Positions 1 through 14,600 of a stretch of 64,000 nucleotides of DNA are shown here, one piece after another (within the stretch, counting starts at the first letter, position 1; each line of letters begins with the position of its first letter). The stretch is taken from assembly GCA_051362555.1 (NCBI GenBank), contig CM120640.1:5146001-5210000 (forward strand), in the 5' to 3' direction. The position numbers and the translations under genes were made by a program. The notes beneath the pieces are model-generated. The model worked only from the letters and a program-made list of their open reading frames with translations. It was not told the DNA's origin and did not search any database. Origin of the DNA: Lingula anatina (lineage: Eukaryota; Animalia; Brachiopoda).

Positions 1-230
1 TTAAACATTCTCCCTCCAGTAATATATCTTTTCCTTTTTAGAAATAATGAAAGTTTCCTTTAATGATAGATCCACATATTATATTTAAAAAAATGAATGC
101 TAACAAGTTGAAAAAACTTTTTAACTATCAAAAACTGAGATCCAATGAAACTATCTTCGAATTTACAAATATACTGTAAGTATGTCATAAACATAAGACC
201 TTAAATTTATTATCTTTGTATTTCTCCCAG

Positions 231-3049
231 GATGCCTACCTGTATTACTTCCTCCATCAGTACCCTGGCAGAACCCTTGTGTTCACCAACAGTATAGACT
301 GTATACGGAGACTGGCCTCCATCTTCACACTGCTCAAGTGTAAACCTCTCACACTGCATGCCAATATGCACCAGAGACAAAGGTTAAAGAACTTAGAAAG
401 GTTTGCAGGTATGTGGAATGGGATTTTCTACTCTTTTTTTTAATGGAATGCAGGTTTTTGGTCATTCTTGTTACTGTTATTTTTCTCTGACTAATTGAAA
501 TCTCATTAAACAGTTATATAAAACTGACCAATATGAATATCATCCAGGTTTAACAGGGTTTAACATTATATTAGGACCATGCCTGGCTTTTTAATGTATA
601 TATTCCGTGTTGTAATTCAGCTGACAAACATGGCCTGTTGCTGGCCACTGATGTGGCTGCCCGAGGTTTGGACATTCCCAATGTGGAGCATGTTATTCAT
701 TACCAGGTCCCCAGAACTTCTGAGGTAAGTACTTTTGCTTACTCTTTCATTTAATATATTAATTTTAATTTTAAAGTCAGAGGTATAATATGTGTGTTGG
801 AAAATGTCAAAAGCTCATTTTTATTTCAATATTTTGCAAACCTACTTGTCTTTCCCAAGTCTGATCTTTGAAACTATAAAATTTCCTCAGATAAAAGTTC
901 CTGATATTCATATTTCCTTCTGAAATGTCTTTTGAATAAACCATTTGTTAAGAATGAAATAATTAAATTAAAATAGTACAAAATATCAAACAATTTGTGA
1001 GTAAGAAAAAAAATTTAGCATGAAAATCCCATTTGAATTGTGTTCAACATTTTAATGCAATTAACACAACAAGGGGGCATTTTCACTTGAACCATTTAAA
1101 TATACCTATATACTTATTTTACTTTTTTTTTTGTAGAATTACATTCATCGTAGTGGTCGCACAGCTCGCGCTTCTAAGGAAGGTCTCAGTGTGATGTTGA
1201 TGAGTCCTGAAGATGTGAAAAATTACAAGAAAATAGTTCACACTCTGAACAGAGGTAGATACCTTTAACAATACTAAAGATGCAACTTATAACATTTAAT
1301 ACATGACTGTTTCGAAACATTTAACTGAAGTAGCCATTAGAATATTTCTGAAGTTGGAAATTGTGCACAAGGTGGGACATAAATTTGACCTGCAGTCATA
1401 TTTAGAAACCTTGCAAATTGGCAGTAGTCCTTCTTGTCCACAACAGATACATTCTGAATTGCAGTCACAAACAAATAGTGATGTGGTGCGTTGTCTCCTG
1501 TATTTTCAGATGAAGATGTGCCAGTGTTTCCTGTGGAGCAAGCTCTAATTACTTCAATCAAAAGCAGACTAAACTTGGTCAAAGAAATAGATCGAGAAGA
1601 ACACAGGTAAGCATATCACAAGGGCACTGATAACAAGCAAGGCTTCATTGTGGTAAATGTGAAAAAGACAGCATAGGCAGATAATGATGTGCCTATTTCT
1701 GGTGACATGCATGCAGGATAAACCCATTTATTGCATTCACATCTTTTCACAGATAATGCCACGCTTGCACCAACTATGTTATAAGTGGAAATGGGCATGC
1801 ACACATCACGAGATATAGGCATGCACACACGCCCAGAGGAATTGGGTTAACGGTGCATGCATGTCATTATATTTGGAAAGGTGAATTGTGAAAAAGATAA
1901 TATGAAAGGCTTTTAGAGTGCATTAGGTGTGAAAGAAGGGGAGGTCCTGGTGAGAATGTGTTTTAACTGACAGAATGTAAAACATGGTTATGTAGATCCT
2001 CGTATCAATAAGTGTACTCATGATTGCAAATAAACCGCCCTTTCAATAAAAAAGTGCCATTTGCCATATAATCATTTAAAGAAAAGTGATATTAAGATGT
2101 ACCCAGGTTTTTGTTGTCCTGCAGGTGTAGGAAAGATAAGAGTAAGACAGATTGGTTTAGAAGAGCTGCAGAAGAGATGGACATTGAATTGGATGATGTA
2201 CATATGTATCCTTTATATTACCTTCACGAGGACAGGAAAATGGTTATAATGAGGAACCTTTTTGCATTATTTTTTTTGGGGGGGCGAAAAATTGGCAGAT
2301 GGTTTTGTGTTAAAAAAGAAAATCTGGCACATTAATGTGCATGGAAATGTATTGAACTTATTAGACTAGAAAGATGTTAGTATATTCAAAAGTTCCTTAA
2401 TTGAGCCTCAGACAAAACGACATTGGAAATGATGGGTTTGAGCAGGCAAAAAGAAAGCGGAAAATAAAGCAGATGAGAGCAGCTTTGGATGCCATGCTGA
2501 AAGTACCTCTCACCAGCAGGGATTTCTCTGGGAAATATCCAACTAAGATGGGAAAACTAGTCACTCCTGTGATGCCTGGTAAGATGGAAAAAACCAATAT
2601 GAGCAGTAAACTGACACAACACTGTAGCTGATTTTGTTAGTTTTTTTTTCTTAGATTAAAAAAGATTACTGTATTAGACACATCCCACAGGTCTTCAGTT
2701 TTCCATCCAAGACCAGCTGGGATGTCTTTGACAGTTATTCCACCAAGATACAATATCAAGTTAGGTCTGTTAGGAGAACTTGTGCAGCTTCTACAATATT
2801 TTAAGGACTATTAAAATGTTTAAAATGTTATTTTATATTATTTTAGACATCAGCAGTGGGGCCAGTGCATTGAAAGCAGTAAAGAAGAGCCAGCCAAAGA
2901 AAATATCAACAGCACCTTTGTCACCAAATAAACCAAAAAAACAAATTAAGCAAAAACCTCTTGCTCCAAATGAAAAGACAGAGAGGAGGCAAAAACGCTC
3001 CGCAAAAACAAAGTCTAAACGGAATAAATTTAGGACATCGGCATCATGA
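231..3049 (+). CDS. DDX24: ATP-dependent RNA helicase DDX24 (Mak5 family), 3' part; exons 231-408, 621-724, 1137-1254, 1510-1606, 2125-2205, 2412-2578, 2847-3049
   Basis: Spliced translation gives [90 protein letters not shown] (helicase motifs IV-VI) and [12 protein letters not shown], then a Lys/Arg-rich tail ending at TGA 3047-3049. All junctions are GT-AG with matching phase. The 5' exons lie upstream of the window. Confidence 0.93.
2206..2411 (+). other. U12-type (minor spliceosome) GT-AG intron in DDX24
   Basis: 5' site GTATCCTTT at 2206; branch-point-like TTCCTTAAT at 2393-2401, 10 nt before the end of the CAG acceptor (2411); no polypyrimidine tract. This donor keeps the frame (AT+A=Ile), whereas the nearby GT at 2198 does not. 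Confidence 0.88.
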
Positions 3050-5690
3050 TGTGGATTCTTGTTGCAGATACTGTCAATTGCTTCAATTCGGGAATAAAAA
3101 GGAAAAGTGAAAAGGATTATATTGATGACATTGACTGGCATTTATAAAGATGAGAAATGAATGCCCTATCAAAGCTAAAGACCACAGGAAATTGTCTCTC
3201 TTATCATTTCCTACTGAAACAGATATTAATTTTTGAATATCACCAAAATAAATTCCTCTGGGAGAGAATGATCTCCGTTCTACTGTTATCAATACAAGAG
3301 AATGTACTGAAGAGGACACGATGTGATAATAGAATTGTTAAATAAAAGCAGTGATTTGTGAAATGAGATGTTATTTAAGTGCAATGCAGGTAATAAATAT
3401 GGGACAGTTCTCATTAATTTGTTAAATTGTGGAATTGTTTGAATGCAGAAATCTACTAGTAAGGTTGGACTATACTCTTATGATACTGGCTTTTCTGTAT
3501 CAGTGTGGTAACAATTTTGAATGTTTGGTGTCCGTTTATTCTTAGAAGAAATAATTTGCAAACAAGATTAAGGACATGGTTTGCAATCAGTTTGGTGGTC
3601 TTGGTGGATAGCTTTTATTTACATTTTCTGGGGAGAAACTGTTTTTTCAAAATATTCCAACCTTTAAACTTTAGTTAGAATTGAAAATATCTGAGGATAT
3701 ATTTCCAGACTAAGCAAATGTAATTACAGTAAGAGGAGAAGTTGCACAATTGTAAATTCAAAACCAACTACGTATATCATGTTCATATATAAATTCAATT
3801 TATTCACCATCTTTTGCAAAATAATAATAAAGATTCTGGTAAAACTAAACATGATATAACTATGAGAACTAACAAGCAAACATTTTCAAATTAAGAAAAA
3901 TAGTGCAATTTGACAACAATCGGTAACAAAGAAAAAGCTGCAAATAAGAAAACTTATGTTTATGTTCAAGTCATGAACACTTGCACATAAGTAAGGTAGT
4001 ATTAAAACTTTACATGCTATTCCACTGAAAACATTTCTGTTATTAAAATCAATATTAATAAGTGCACAATTTAATGTCTAGACTTTCCAATATTTGTTGA
4101 GAAGTACTCTTCACAAGCAGAAGAACACTTAAAATGTTCCAGTGTTATTTGATATTGATCAAACAACCTTTCAGTTTTCTGTGGTACGTGTATGTTGGTT
4201 AAATGTTTCCAGTTACTTGCTTTGAAGGTAGTACAACTGTACTGTACAGTGAATAACAATGTCTGCTCCTCTCCCTTCACTTTTCTTCTGTTAACCCAGT
4301 CAACTGATTGTGGTTCAAATATATAAATCTTCAACTTGCAATAAAAAAAGTCAATTATAATGTAAATACAGAAACGTGTTCTCCAGTTGAACCTTGGGAG
4401 AGAGAAAATAATTCACAAATAACATAAAATAGTACCAATGATATATTAACATAGAAAACAACTGATTGTGCCTAGTCTATCACAATATTCACTAATTGGT
4501 GATTTACAAAAATAGTTCAAAAGTCATCTCCTGCATATTCACAGCTTTAACAATGATATACCAGCGATATTCTTTATTTGATTATCAACAATTTATTCAT
4601 TACCCATAGTAAAACGTGCAAAGCAGCATTTAACACTTCTGCGACAGACTAAATTAAAAGCCATTTTTTTATTGGTCCATCAAATGATGGAAATACCTGA
4701 ACATTTCAAAAGTTTATTTTACTTTGTTTTATGATTTTCAAATAGAACCTATTTAGAAGTCCACTTATAAGTCTAGAGATATTGTGATATTTTGCAAATA
4801 TCCCTATCAGTAAAAGAAAATAATATATCATCAACTTTTCAGTTGTTCCTACATCTAAAAATTTATCTTTACAAACATCTACTTAATGGTTACTTCCAGT
4901 CATTTCTGTACACTAGTAGACAGCAAATTTACACAGATTGCCTCCGTCTCTCCTGAATAATACTGACCTGCAAGATGAGCATAGAGGGGTTATCACAAAC
5001 TTTCCAAGACTTTGAGACGTGAACAGTTCTTCCACTTAAAGGAACAACCTCCTATGAAATAAGGTGTGGATCTAATTATCCCTACAGACAAGCATGGGTA
5101 CTTCTGCAGTTCACTGAATACTTGAGAAAAAGGGATGAAGTTCAGTGTGTTCAGCATTCTGGTTCCAGAAAGTAAATCAGAAGGCACACATTAAATACGA
5201 TATCCAGAGATATTTACACATTTTGCAGTTAGGTTTGGACAGTATCCTTGACTATCTGTGTACCAATCCAATTCTCTTTAAAAATAAATCAATTACATTG
5301 CATTATTGTAAACAAATCATACCTAAACAAATATCTACTTTTTGTAAGCCTTTGGCACGCTACAGGTCTTGTGACAAAATGAGGAACATCTATCACGCTT
5401 TGCATATCTTACAATGTCAATTTTGTGTATGACAAGATAACTGCTTTTTATAATAATTATCTGGGTAATTACTCTTCAATCAAGTTCTATTTTGAAGTAT
5501 AGATACTTCTTTAACATGTTCATGATAAATGTGTTGACTCTTGTTAATTTGAATTTGTATCAGTCTTTCATATCCTGATAAATGACTGATCTTGTCTGCT
5601 GTATGTGGTGATAGTTTTAATTAATGATTTACTCCACCAATCTGGACCCATTCATCATTCATTCTGTAAATCAGTTCAGTGGTCTTGCTA

Positions 5691-8600
5691 CTATCTATTG
5701 ACCCATCTTTTCATGGCTTCTTCCCACTCTGCATTACCACCCTCCTCGTCATCCGTCCTGATATACGACTCTGCATCGCTGTGCATATAACTTTCATCTT
5801 CACTTTGGTACCTGGGGAATAGCTCCTGCAATGCAGTATGTACTTAATGTTATATATAGACCAAAAATCAGATCATAGCATGCAAAATGGCTATTTCATC
5901 AAAATTTCATCTCCGAGAATGTTCAACTTAATGGACATGACTATGAAATATACATCTGCATGTCTATGATACTGGGTAACAAAATGGGTTATCATCTTTG
6001 AAAGTCTGTCAAAATATTCTTATGTGTCGGATTACAATGGGGGTGCTTTCATGTGAAAGGAGATAGATTTGTTTTATTATAACGCACAATTATGTGTTTC
6101 CAAACAAACACCAGAGAAAAGCTAAAATTGCTCTTCATTGCAAATTTTGATGGGTGAAGAAAACGGGTTGTTGTACATTACCATTGTTTCTGTTTTTAAC
6201 TTTACTACAAAGTATTATCTCCCATACATGTATACTATATAAATGGTTCAATTTCGGGATTTAAATACTTGAAAAACACTGTTTTTCATAAAACAACAAT
6301 GTGTAAATAAATCCTGTCATTTAATTTAATTTAATCACAAATGTTATGACCCAATCATGATTAATTTCCTCCAGACTCGCGCGACAGCGAAACCACAGCT
6401 AGCATGTAGTTTCATTTCCCCATTCAGACTTGGCCCAGGGACTTAGCGTAAATAGTGGAAATTTCCACATATGACATAATGAATATTAAGTGAGACTAAT
6501 TAAATTAGCTATATCTTGTCCCTACTTTTTGGTGTGTAACTCACGAAAAACAATTTCATATCATTGCTGTTTAACCACCGATTCAGGATCGCAGCATGCT
6601 TTCCCAACTCTGTGAAGTTAAATGTACTCTTCCCTGATAATTTTTTATGTTTTTAATGTTACATTTTCCAAACTTTATGAATATAAAGCAAAATACATTG
6701 CATGTTCTTAGCGGAAAGCATGTTCACAAGATCAGCACCACGTTGGAATTTTGATGCCAATGTCCCAATGTTGTTACCCAGTATTATGGACGTGCAGATA
6801 TAAAAATGATCAGTCACTCCTAGCCATGTTATTAAACAAAGTAAAACTGTATTGTTTAAGTTTCTCTGTATATCATAAAAAATACAAAAAATGGTGCAAT
6901 TTACATACTTTTGGATCTTGGTCATACAGTTCTGCATCTTCATTTTCCGTATTGACATTACTCTCATCATCTGTCCTTATATAAGACTCTCCGTCATCTG
7001 TGTTAAGACCCACACTTTCATCATCAGTCCTCACGTATGACTCCCCATCATCTGTTGGAATATAGCTGTTGAAAAAGAAGAGATGAAATGGATTTGAATA
7101 GAGAAAAGCTAATATTACTATTATTCATATTGATTATAATGTAAATCAAGCATTTAAATAAAACTAATTAAAAAATAAAACATTATTAACTGTTTGTTTA
7201 AAATTGAAAGGACCATAAATGATCTTACAATTTTCTTTTTAATACAGTATAAAATTACTTGCACATGAGAAGATGGTGATTATTTTTGTAACTTTCCAAT
7301 CAGATTGATATATCAAATGATTCTCTTTGTAATTTTTTTCACCAAGGCTCACTATTTTTTTTTGTTTCATTAAATATATCACATCAAAAGTATAACAGAA
7401 ATCTCCAAAGATAAAAGAGATAACATACTGATCATTCTCTATGTCACCAAGACCGCGATTTAATGGTTTTTCTTTTCTGGCTCGAATTTGCTCAATGAAG
7501 GCAGCTTCCTCTCCCAGTCTCCTCTGAACATCTTCCTGCCATCCCATAATTTCATCAGAACTCTCCATGGCAGAACTCTCTCCTGTCTCAAATCCTAAGA
7601 AGTAAGTAGAAGAAATTAGAATGGAAACCACATATTGCAGTAGGAACACTTTGGATTTGAAGAGTGATCATTAAATAAATAAGATGAAACATTTTCCACT
7701 CTAAACACAAAAATGACTTTTTTCTATGACAGTCATGTAAGATTCAAGAAGCTAAATTCTTCCTACCTCTACTGCACTTTCTATGATTGTCAATATTATC
7801 CTCGTCTTCACTGTCACTGGAGGCCTCTGAAAAATAAATACATCATTAATTCTTTACTATCATATTGTAAAAGGGCTAATGCTTACTTATCTTTGATCAT
7901 TTCACTTCATCATTTCATCAAACTTAATATTCCAAAGTGATATTTTCTTTTTTGAAATTGGTTAGCTGCTTCTACACAAAAATACACATAATAACCATTA
8001 CCTGATAGTGCACTTAATACATCTCTTATTATTGTATTTTACTAGTACCCTGTCTCAGACTTACTTACATACCAGCTCAAACAAATAAAACAAAGTAGTC
8101 ACTCATATATCTTACCTGAGTTCAATTCTTTCACAAGGGATGACATGGCATTGGTGACCGAGTCTGCGGCTACCAGCAGGTCATTCCGTAGATTTCTGGC
8201 ATTACTTGGCACGGCATGGTGCGTGGTACTGAAGGCCTGCCTCACATCTCCACCCACGCCAGTCAATGAGTCCCCAGGGGTGCTGGGAGAACTGGTCTTC
8301 ACTGCTACTGGAGAGTAGGTTCTGGCCTTGGGGCTGCTTCCCGGAGTGGAACGAGGGGAACCATGATTCTGAAAGTGTAACAGGAATCTTTCACAAGTAT
8401 GCACTGACACTGAGGGGGAGAAAGTTACACAATTTATATTTTATTTGCTGCATTTCTTGTTCTCAGTGACTAAGAAAAAAACCACTGAGATGAACCTTAA
8501 CAATAATGGAGAAAAAGAATGACATGCATACCAATTTATGTACATTGATGGAAAACAGTAATCTCCATGGCAATGGGATAAAAATATGTTGATGCTGACT

Positions 8601-11600
8601 ATGACACTAGGGAGTTAATTAGTTTGCACAAGGAACAGGTGCACAAACATAAACTTCTGGGAATTTTCACACTTGTTGCACTTTATTCACTGACATGCAA
8701 GCACTGCCTCAGAGTATTTTGTATCTTTATACATAAAATGCCAAACAAACACATTTTCCCAATTACTGGCACAGCCCATCTCTTGTACAGTATTTTAAAG
8801 CCAACAATGCCCCATTTTTCATTTGGATTCTTTCAAGAATAAATCACCCATTCTTTCCCATCAAATACACAAATGTGCAGTCAAAATACTTCCAATAATG
8901 AAATGACAAGGCTAATGGGATTAAAATACAAGGTAAAATCCTATAACATGAACTACAAAAGCCATTAAATAGATGAACCTTTCTGCTTTAATTTTATCAA
9001 CTTGTGTCAGAACAAAACTCTCACCTTTAATAACTTCATCAGGCTTTCTAATTGCACCATGAGCTCTCTCCGGCTCTCTTGTAAAGCAGACATGCGTCCC
9101 TCTAGCTCGTCCTTGCGCTGTCGTAACAACCTCAGCTCAGCCAGTAAGGTGGGGTTGGCCTGGGCCTCGCTGCTAGCCCTGCCAGCAGCCTCTTGCTCCA
9201 CCTTCAGTTTCTGGATCTCCCTCATGATCTCCCTGAAATAATACAACACAAACTTCTTCCTCATGTTGTTGTGGTGTCCAAGTAACTGTGTGTTAATTAT
9301 TGTTGTTGTTGTTGCCATTTTTGCAGTTTTGACAGCTGCTTTTCTGTACGTTATTCTAAGTTTGTTTCCCATTCCATTAGTTCACTTGATTTTTGTAAAT
9401 AATCAAGCAAATCAAAACACTACTGATACACCTAACATTTTGGACAAGCTTATATAATCAATTTGTTTTGTAAATAATTCCCCACATAAATGGGTTACTG
9501 CTCATAATTGTCTATTTAAAATAAATTATAACACAGCATGAATCACTGCTGTAAATGCACACCTGTTCCAGAATACAAGTAGAAACAAGTAGAAACCATG
9601 TACATAACTAATAACACCTTTACAACCATTGAGTTTTTACACAAAATAAAAATAATAAATTTCTATCTCTAGCCCTGTTTGATACAATCCTTACTAAAAA
9701 TGGTGGTAAACTGCTGACCTGTTTTTGGCCTCCAGCTGGGCAATCATGTCTCTCTGCACCTTGCTGGACTCCATGCTGTAGTTCAGTTCCACCGGACTCC
9801 GTGCCTACAGTAATACCAGAAACTAAATTGATCGAACTTATTACACAAATTTCAAGATAAAACTAAGACACAATATTCCATGAAAGGGCACAAATAGTGA
9901 GCAAAAGCTGCCAAGAACAATCTTTAAGGATGCGACTGTCATTTTCTCTCAACTTCTAACCTCTAATATAACAGAGAAAAGAGTTCCAGTCCGCTATTCA
10001 AATGGAATCAGGAAGTCAATTTCTTTGAACACTGCCATACGTCATTATACAACCAATTAAAACACATAGGACCAATTTAGAAGGCAGCTCAAACTGAGAT
10101 GCCTGAAGATAAAATCAATGAATTTTACAACCATATTCTGTTGCTGGCTATGACTGAAATCCCAAAGTAATAATGCAGCTAACATATATTGTGTGTGATA
10201 TACTTTTAGTGATATACTGATTACGACTATTGATGATATATCGTGTGTGATATTGTTGATGATATACTGTTTATGACTGTTGTTCAGATATTGTTAGTGA
10301 TAAGTTTGATGATTAACTGTTTACAACTACTGTGGTTGACATATTGTAAGTGATATTGATGGTATACTGTTTATGACCATTGCTGACATATTGTGTGTGA
10401 TATTGTTGACGTTATACTGTTTATGACTGTTGCTGACATATTGTGGGTGATAATGTTGATGATATACTGTTTATGACTGTTTCTGACATATTGTGTTGGT
10501 GTGAAATGCTGATGGAAATGAAGTTTGATTTCACAGCTGATAAACTGGTTATCATTATTAATATATGCAGCTTACTGACAGACAGAACATTATGACCATT
10601 CATCCATCATTCAATACATACATTAACACAGTCACGAATTTCATTTCAAGATGTTCACAGATGCAAGAAAATAGGTCTCTTCATTATCTTCTAACAGCCA
10701 TAATTTATCAGATATGCTTTGCAATTGTTACTAAGCAATGAGAGTATATATCAGGATGTATTTTTAATGGAAAATAGCAAAACATAAGCAAAAGAGAGAT
10801 TACTGTGAGTTATCACTGCCCCTGTCATTTACTAGATCAGAGTACTTCAACAGCAAAAATCTAGACTTTAAACAATCTCTGCAGGTTACGTAATGTATAA
10901 AATTTTCATCATAAGTATAATATATAAATATATATTATAAGAAGTAAGAAACACGTATCTGATCCAACAATATCATATATAAGTTTCTAAGTTAGATCTT
11001 TACAGAGTGATAAAATCAGGACCTTCAGTCTATCAACAATCATGCACAGCACGAAAAGCACTGACTACTGCCTCAGGAAATGTCTAAATGTTTTCTCAAT
11101 TAAATGGTGCTCTGACAAAATTAAGTACAAACTTAGAACTACATAAATAAAATTCCCAACATTAAAAGTTTTAGTCTTAACAAAAAAAATATATAAACCA
11201 TTAATCCATTGCCAATAACTAGATATTTTATATAAATTAAGATAATTTAAATTTATAAGAATTTTCACCTTCAGTAACAGTCTTTGAAGCATTTGAAATG
11301 AACGTTACCATTATGGAAGCAACATAAAAATCTATAAATGCAAAGAAAAAAACAAAGAAAAAAGTTCAGACCACCACCTTGAAAGAAATGTTACACTAAG
11401 CAACTAAAAACATCACAAAAAAATCATTACACATGCACTTACATCTTGAAGCTGTTGTAAGATCTGGGTGATATTTTGGGACGCATTACTACTGCTACTC
11501 GATGGCTACAATAAAGTGACAATAACCTCCATCAATGTCTAAATATACATCAAAAATAAGGAATGGCGTCTCATTACACATGCATTTGCATGTTCAAAGC

Positions 11601-14600
11601 TTTTATCTCAATGTATGCCAAAAACATCTGAACGCACACCTTTTGAAACATGTATATTCTATTTATCTTTTTATCTTACCCTCAAAACCAACAACCTAAA
11701 ACGTACATGAATTCTATCTGACAACAAAGAGTACTTTGTTTGCAAAAGCATCATGTACACAAAAAGATTTTTCGCCCAAGTAAACACCAGTGTGCAAGCG
11801 CATGGATCCCCCCACCAACAACCACACACATTGATCTCAGTATAGATTCTTACCATAGCAGGTCTGATGAAATCTAACAGGAGGATACTTTTACATAAAC
11901 TGCCACTCATGACTATCAGCCTTGATGACTACCTGTTCAGTCCAGAATAATTTGTTTTTCTGTGCTCTGCTGTCAGGCTGTGCTTATTAGTACCATTCAC
12001 TTCAGAAGCCACTCAGTCCCACACTTCCTTCTCTTATTTCCTTTTCATTTGTTAAAACACTCCTTGCCAACACTAACTAGATTAGACAACTGTATAACTG
12101 GGCAAGACAATAACAATGATGCTTTGGAGGTGTTTAAGCTTTTGATCTAAAAGGTCAAATGATGCCAAGAGATTTCCTTACATAACTTAAACAAGTTATC
12201 TACTGAATCCGACTTCCAATTATCACTTTCAAACACACCATTTCAGAAATCTACTTTGCTATCCATTACTGGAATCTTAACTAGTTTAGTCGATGAAAAT
12301 TAAGTTTGATGTAATGCTGAGAATGATGAATAAAACTGCATAAATAACACACATATTTCAGTTTTTGAATCACTATAAACAGTTTATGTTTTAATTTTTG
12401 GTGATTCATATCATAACATAAAGAACCTTAAATTTGCAATTCAGGATATTGAACAGTAGAACATTGATCTCCCATAAATATTTGAGGGATGAAACTCTTT
12501 GGATATTAAAACATTTTATTTTTAGAATTTAAGAATTTATTCAGAAGTGAGCTGTAGCAATTTCTGAATTCTGAACAATGTTTTTAAAATTTGTATTTCT
12601 CCTTATCCAGTATACATTATCTATCATAATTACAAAGGATGGCTTTTATTTCAACAAAAAATATGAAAATAATAAATAGTTCACTGTATAACACTGTTAA
12701 AAAATACACACACAAACACACAGAAGCACAATTCTAGGCGACAGACACTTTACTCATAATACTAATAAGCAATCCCTGGACACCGTCTTTGGCAAAGACA
12801 AGAGACATTAACATGCAACATTGTGTGCAGCTTGTTCAGTTCCAGCTCCCAGAAGATCTGACCACCAGTATGATGTATATAGTAATTAATTGCAGTTATT
12901 GGATTTCCCAGTCATTTTGTTTACAACTCAAGACCACTTAGTGAGCCGTTTCCGCATTTAATCTTGTGAATTCTTGGTCATTCCATTTCTATACCTCTAA
13001 CACTGACATATAACAACATGAACTGAATAAGAACTTATTGCCCTTTTTTTGCTCCTTTCTTGTAGTAAAATATACTATTTTTAATGATTTTAACTTACTA
13101 TTTTTGGCACATTAAAAAAAACAAACATCTTTTTGATATGAGACCACGCTGCATGTGAGAACATGGCTAAGACTGAGGGCACTTTTTAGTCACTGCCCTC
13201 CATTACTTTTCAACCTACCAAACCACATAGGATCAACTAAGCTAAAATTTAAGATAAGATTGCCCTTTTAAGACCACTAAAACTGTACCCACAGGATAGC
13301 TGTACCTCATCTAGATCCCTTCTCCACCAACTTTCATCATTTTAAGACAATTATTCTCATTTATACCATTAACTGCAATTGTTTTAATATATACTTACAG
13401 CATTACTGGCATCTGCAGCAAGTCTTGCCGCATAGCGTGCTATCAAACGATGTTCATCGTCAATACGACTGGCATCAACACTAGATGAAGCTAGGCGACT
13501 GGGACTGAAATAAAGAGAACAGATTACACTTAAACCATTGAACATTTAAGATTACTGGATATCCATTAATTAATACACTTCTAAGACTCTTTGAATATCA
13601 ACGGAATTGGTATTGAAATCGAGCAATATAAAGTTTACTTTGATGAGGGAATTCCACCAATTTTGAAATTTCAGCGTAATATAGTCCATTCATAAATCAC
13701 CATTTAGTCCTTAACTTCAGTTATCAGGCATAATAATAAAAGTAAATTATTCCCTCACAGTGCAGGCAGAGCCTTTAACATCAACTTAAGTATGAGTAAT
13801 GCGCAATATGTAAGTTATGTTTTAATTCTTAAAGAAAACTACTATATTTCAGCATTACCCGTGACAAACTCACATGCGAATCTCTCTGAGAAGTTATCAG
13901 TCATATTGGCAATATCCTTCTGTGAAAAGCTAAATATACATATAACAGGAAAGTCTAAATGGGTTTCCCTCCATTGATTTACCTCATACAAGGATAATCA
14001 CTTAGGACAATGTTCTCAGCCTACAATATTTATTGTATGACTTTACGCAAGTCTCAGTGAAGTCATCATTATGGAGAAGTATTGGGATTTCACACAGAGT
14101 CTTACATTACTGTGTCTGTGGGAGACAGTACGACTCAATTCTGATGTGGTATTAGAATTTGTGGTTTCCCATCATGATATTGGATTTTATGCAGGTAATG
14201 CCAAATGCACACAGAAAGAAAAGAGACTAATTCAAGAGTGAAACTTTCCATTAACTTGTAAGATATTGTATATATTTGGTGTGTGTGTTGCTCTTCGTTT
14301 TAAAATGAATGCTAATGATCAAATAAATCTTTAATTTCTAAATGAATAGATAGTATAATGATCTTTCAAACAGATCCAATAGAGATAAAGTGATCAAATT
14401 CGACTGAATAATTTAGTACAGAATTAAAGTAATGAGTTGCTACTGACTATATTTGTGCTGAAATGGTTTGTTTCAATCTCCTGAATTGCCCTTGCTGTCA
14501 CTATCAGAAACTTATACCAGACAAAATTACTGTATCGATCTATCCAATGTCCGTGCCTATGGTTTTATATCTAAACCAAGACATGCTTTTTTTCTAAAGC

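Noticed and set aside
5960-6640. Possible old transposon fragment in the last dystrobrevin intron
   Set aside because: CpG-containing and repeat-like, but I could not define TIRs, a TSD or a second copy.
10180-10497. CRISPR-like array
   Set aside because: Head-to-tail tandem units with no unique spacers, in a eukaryotic intron, with no cas genes.
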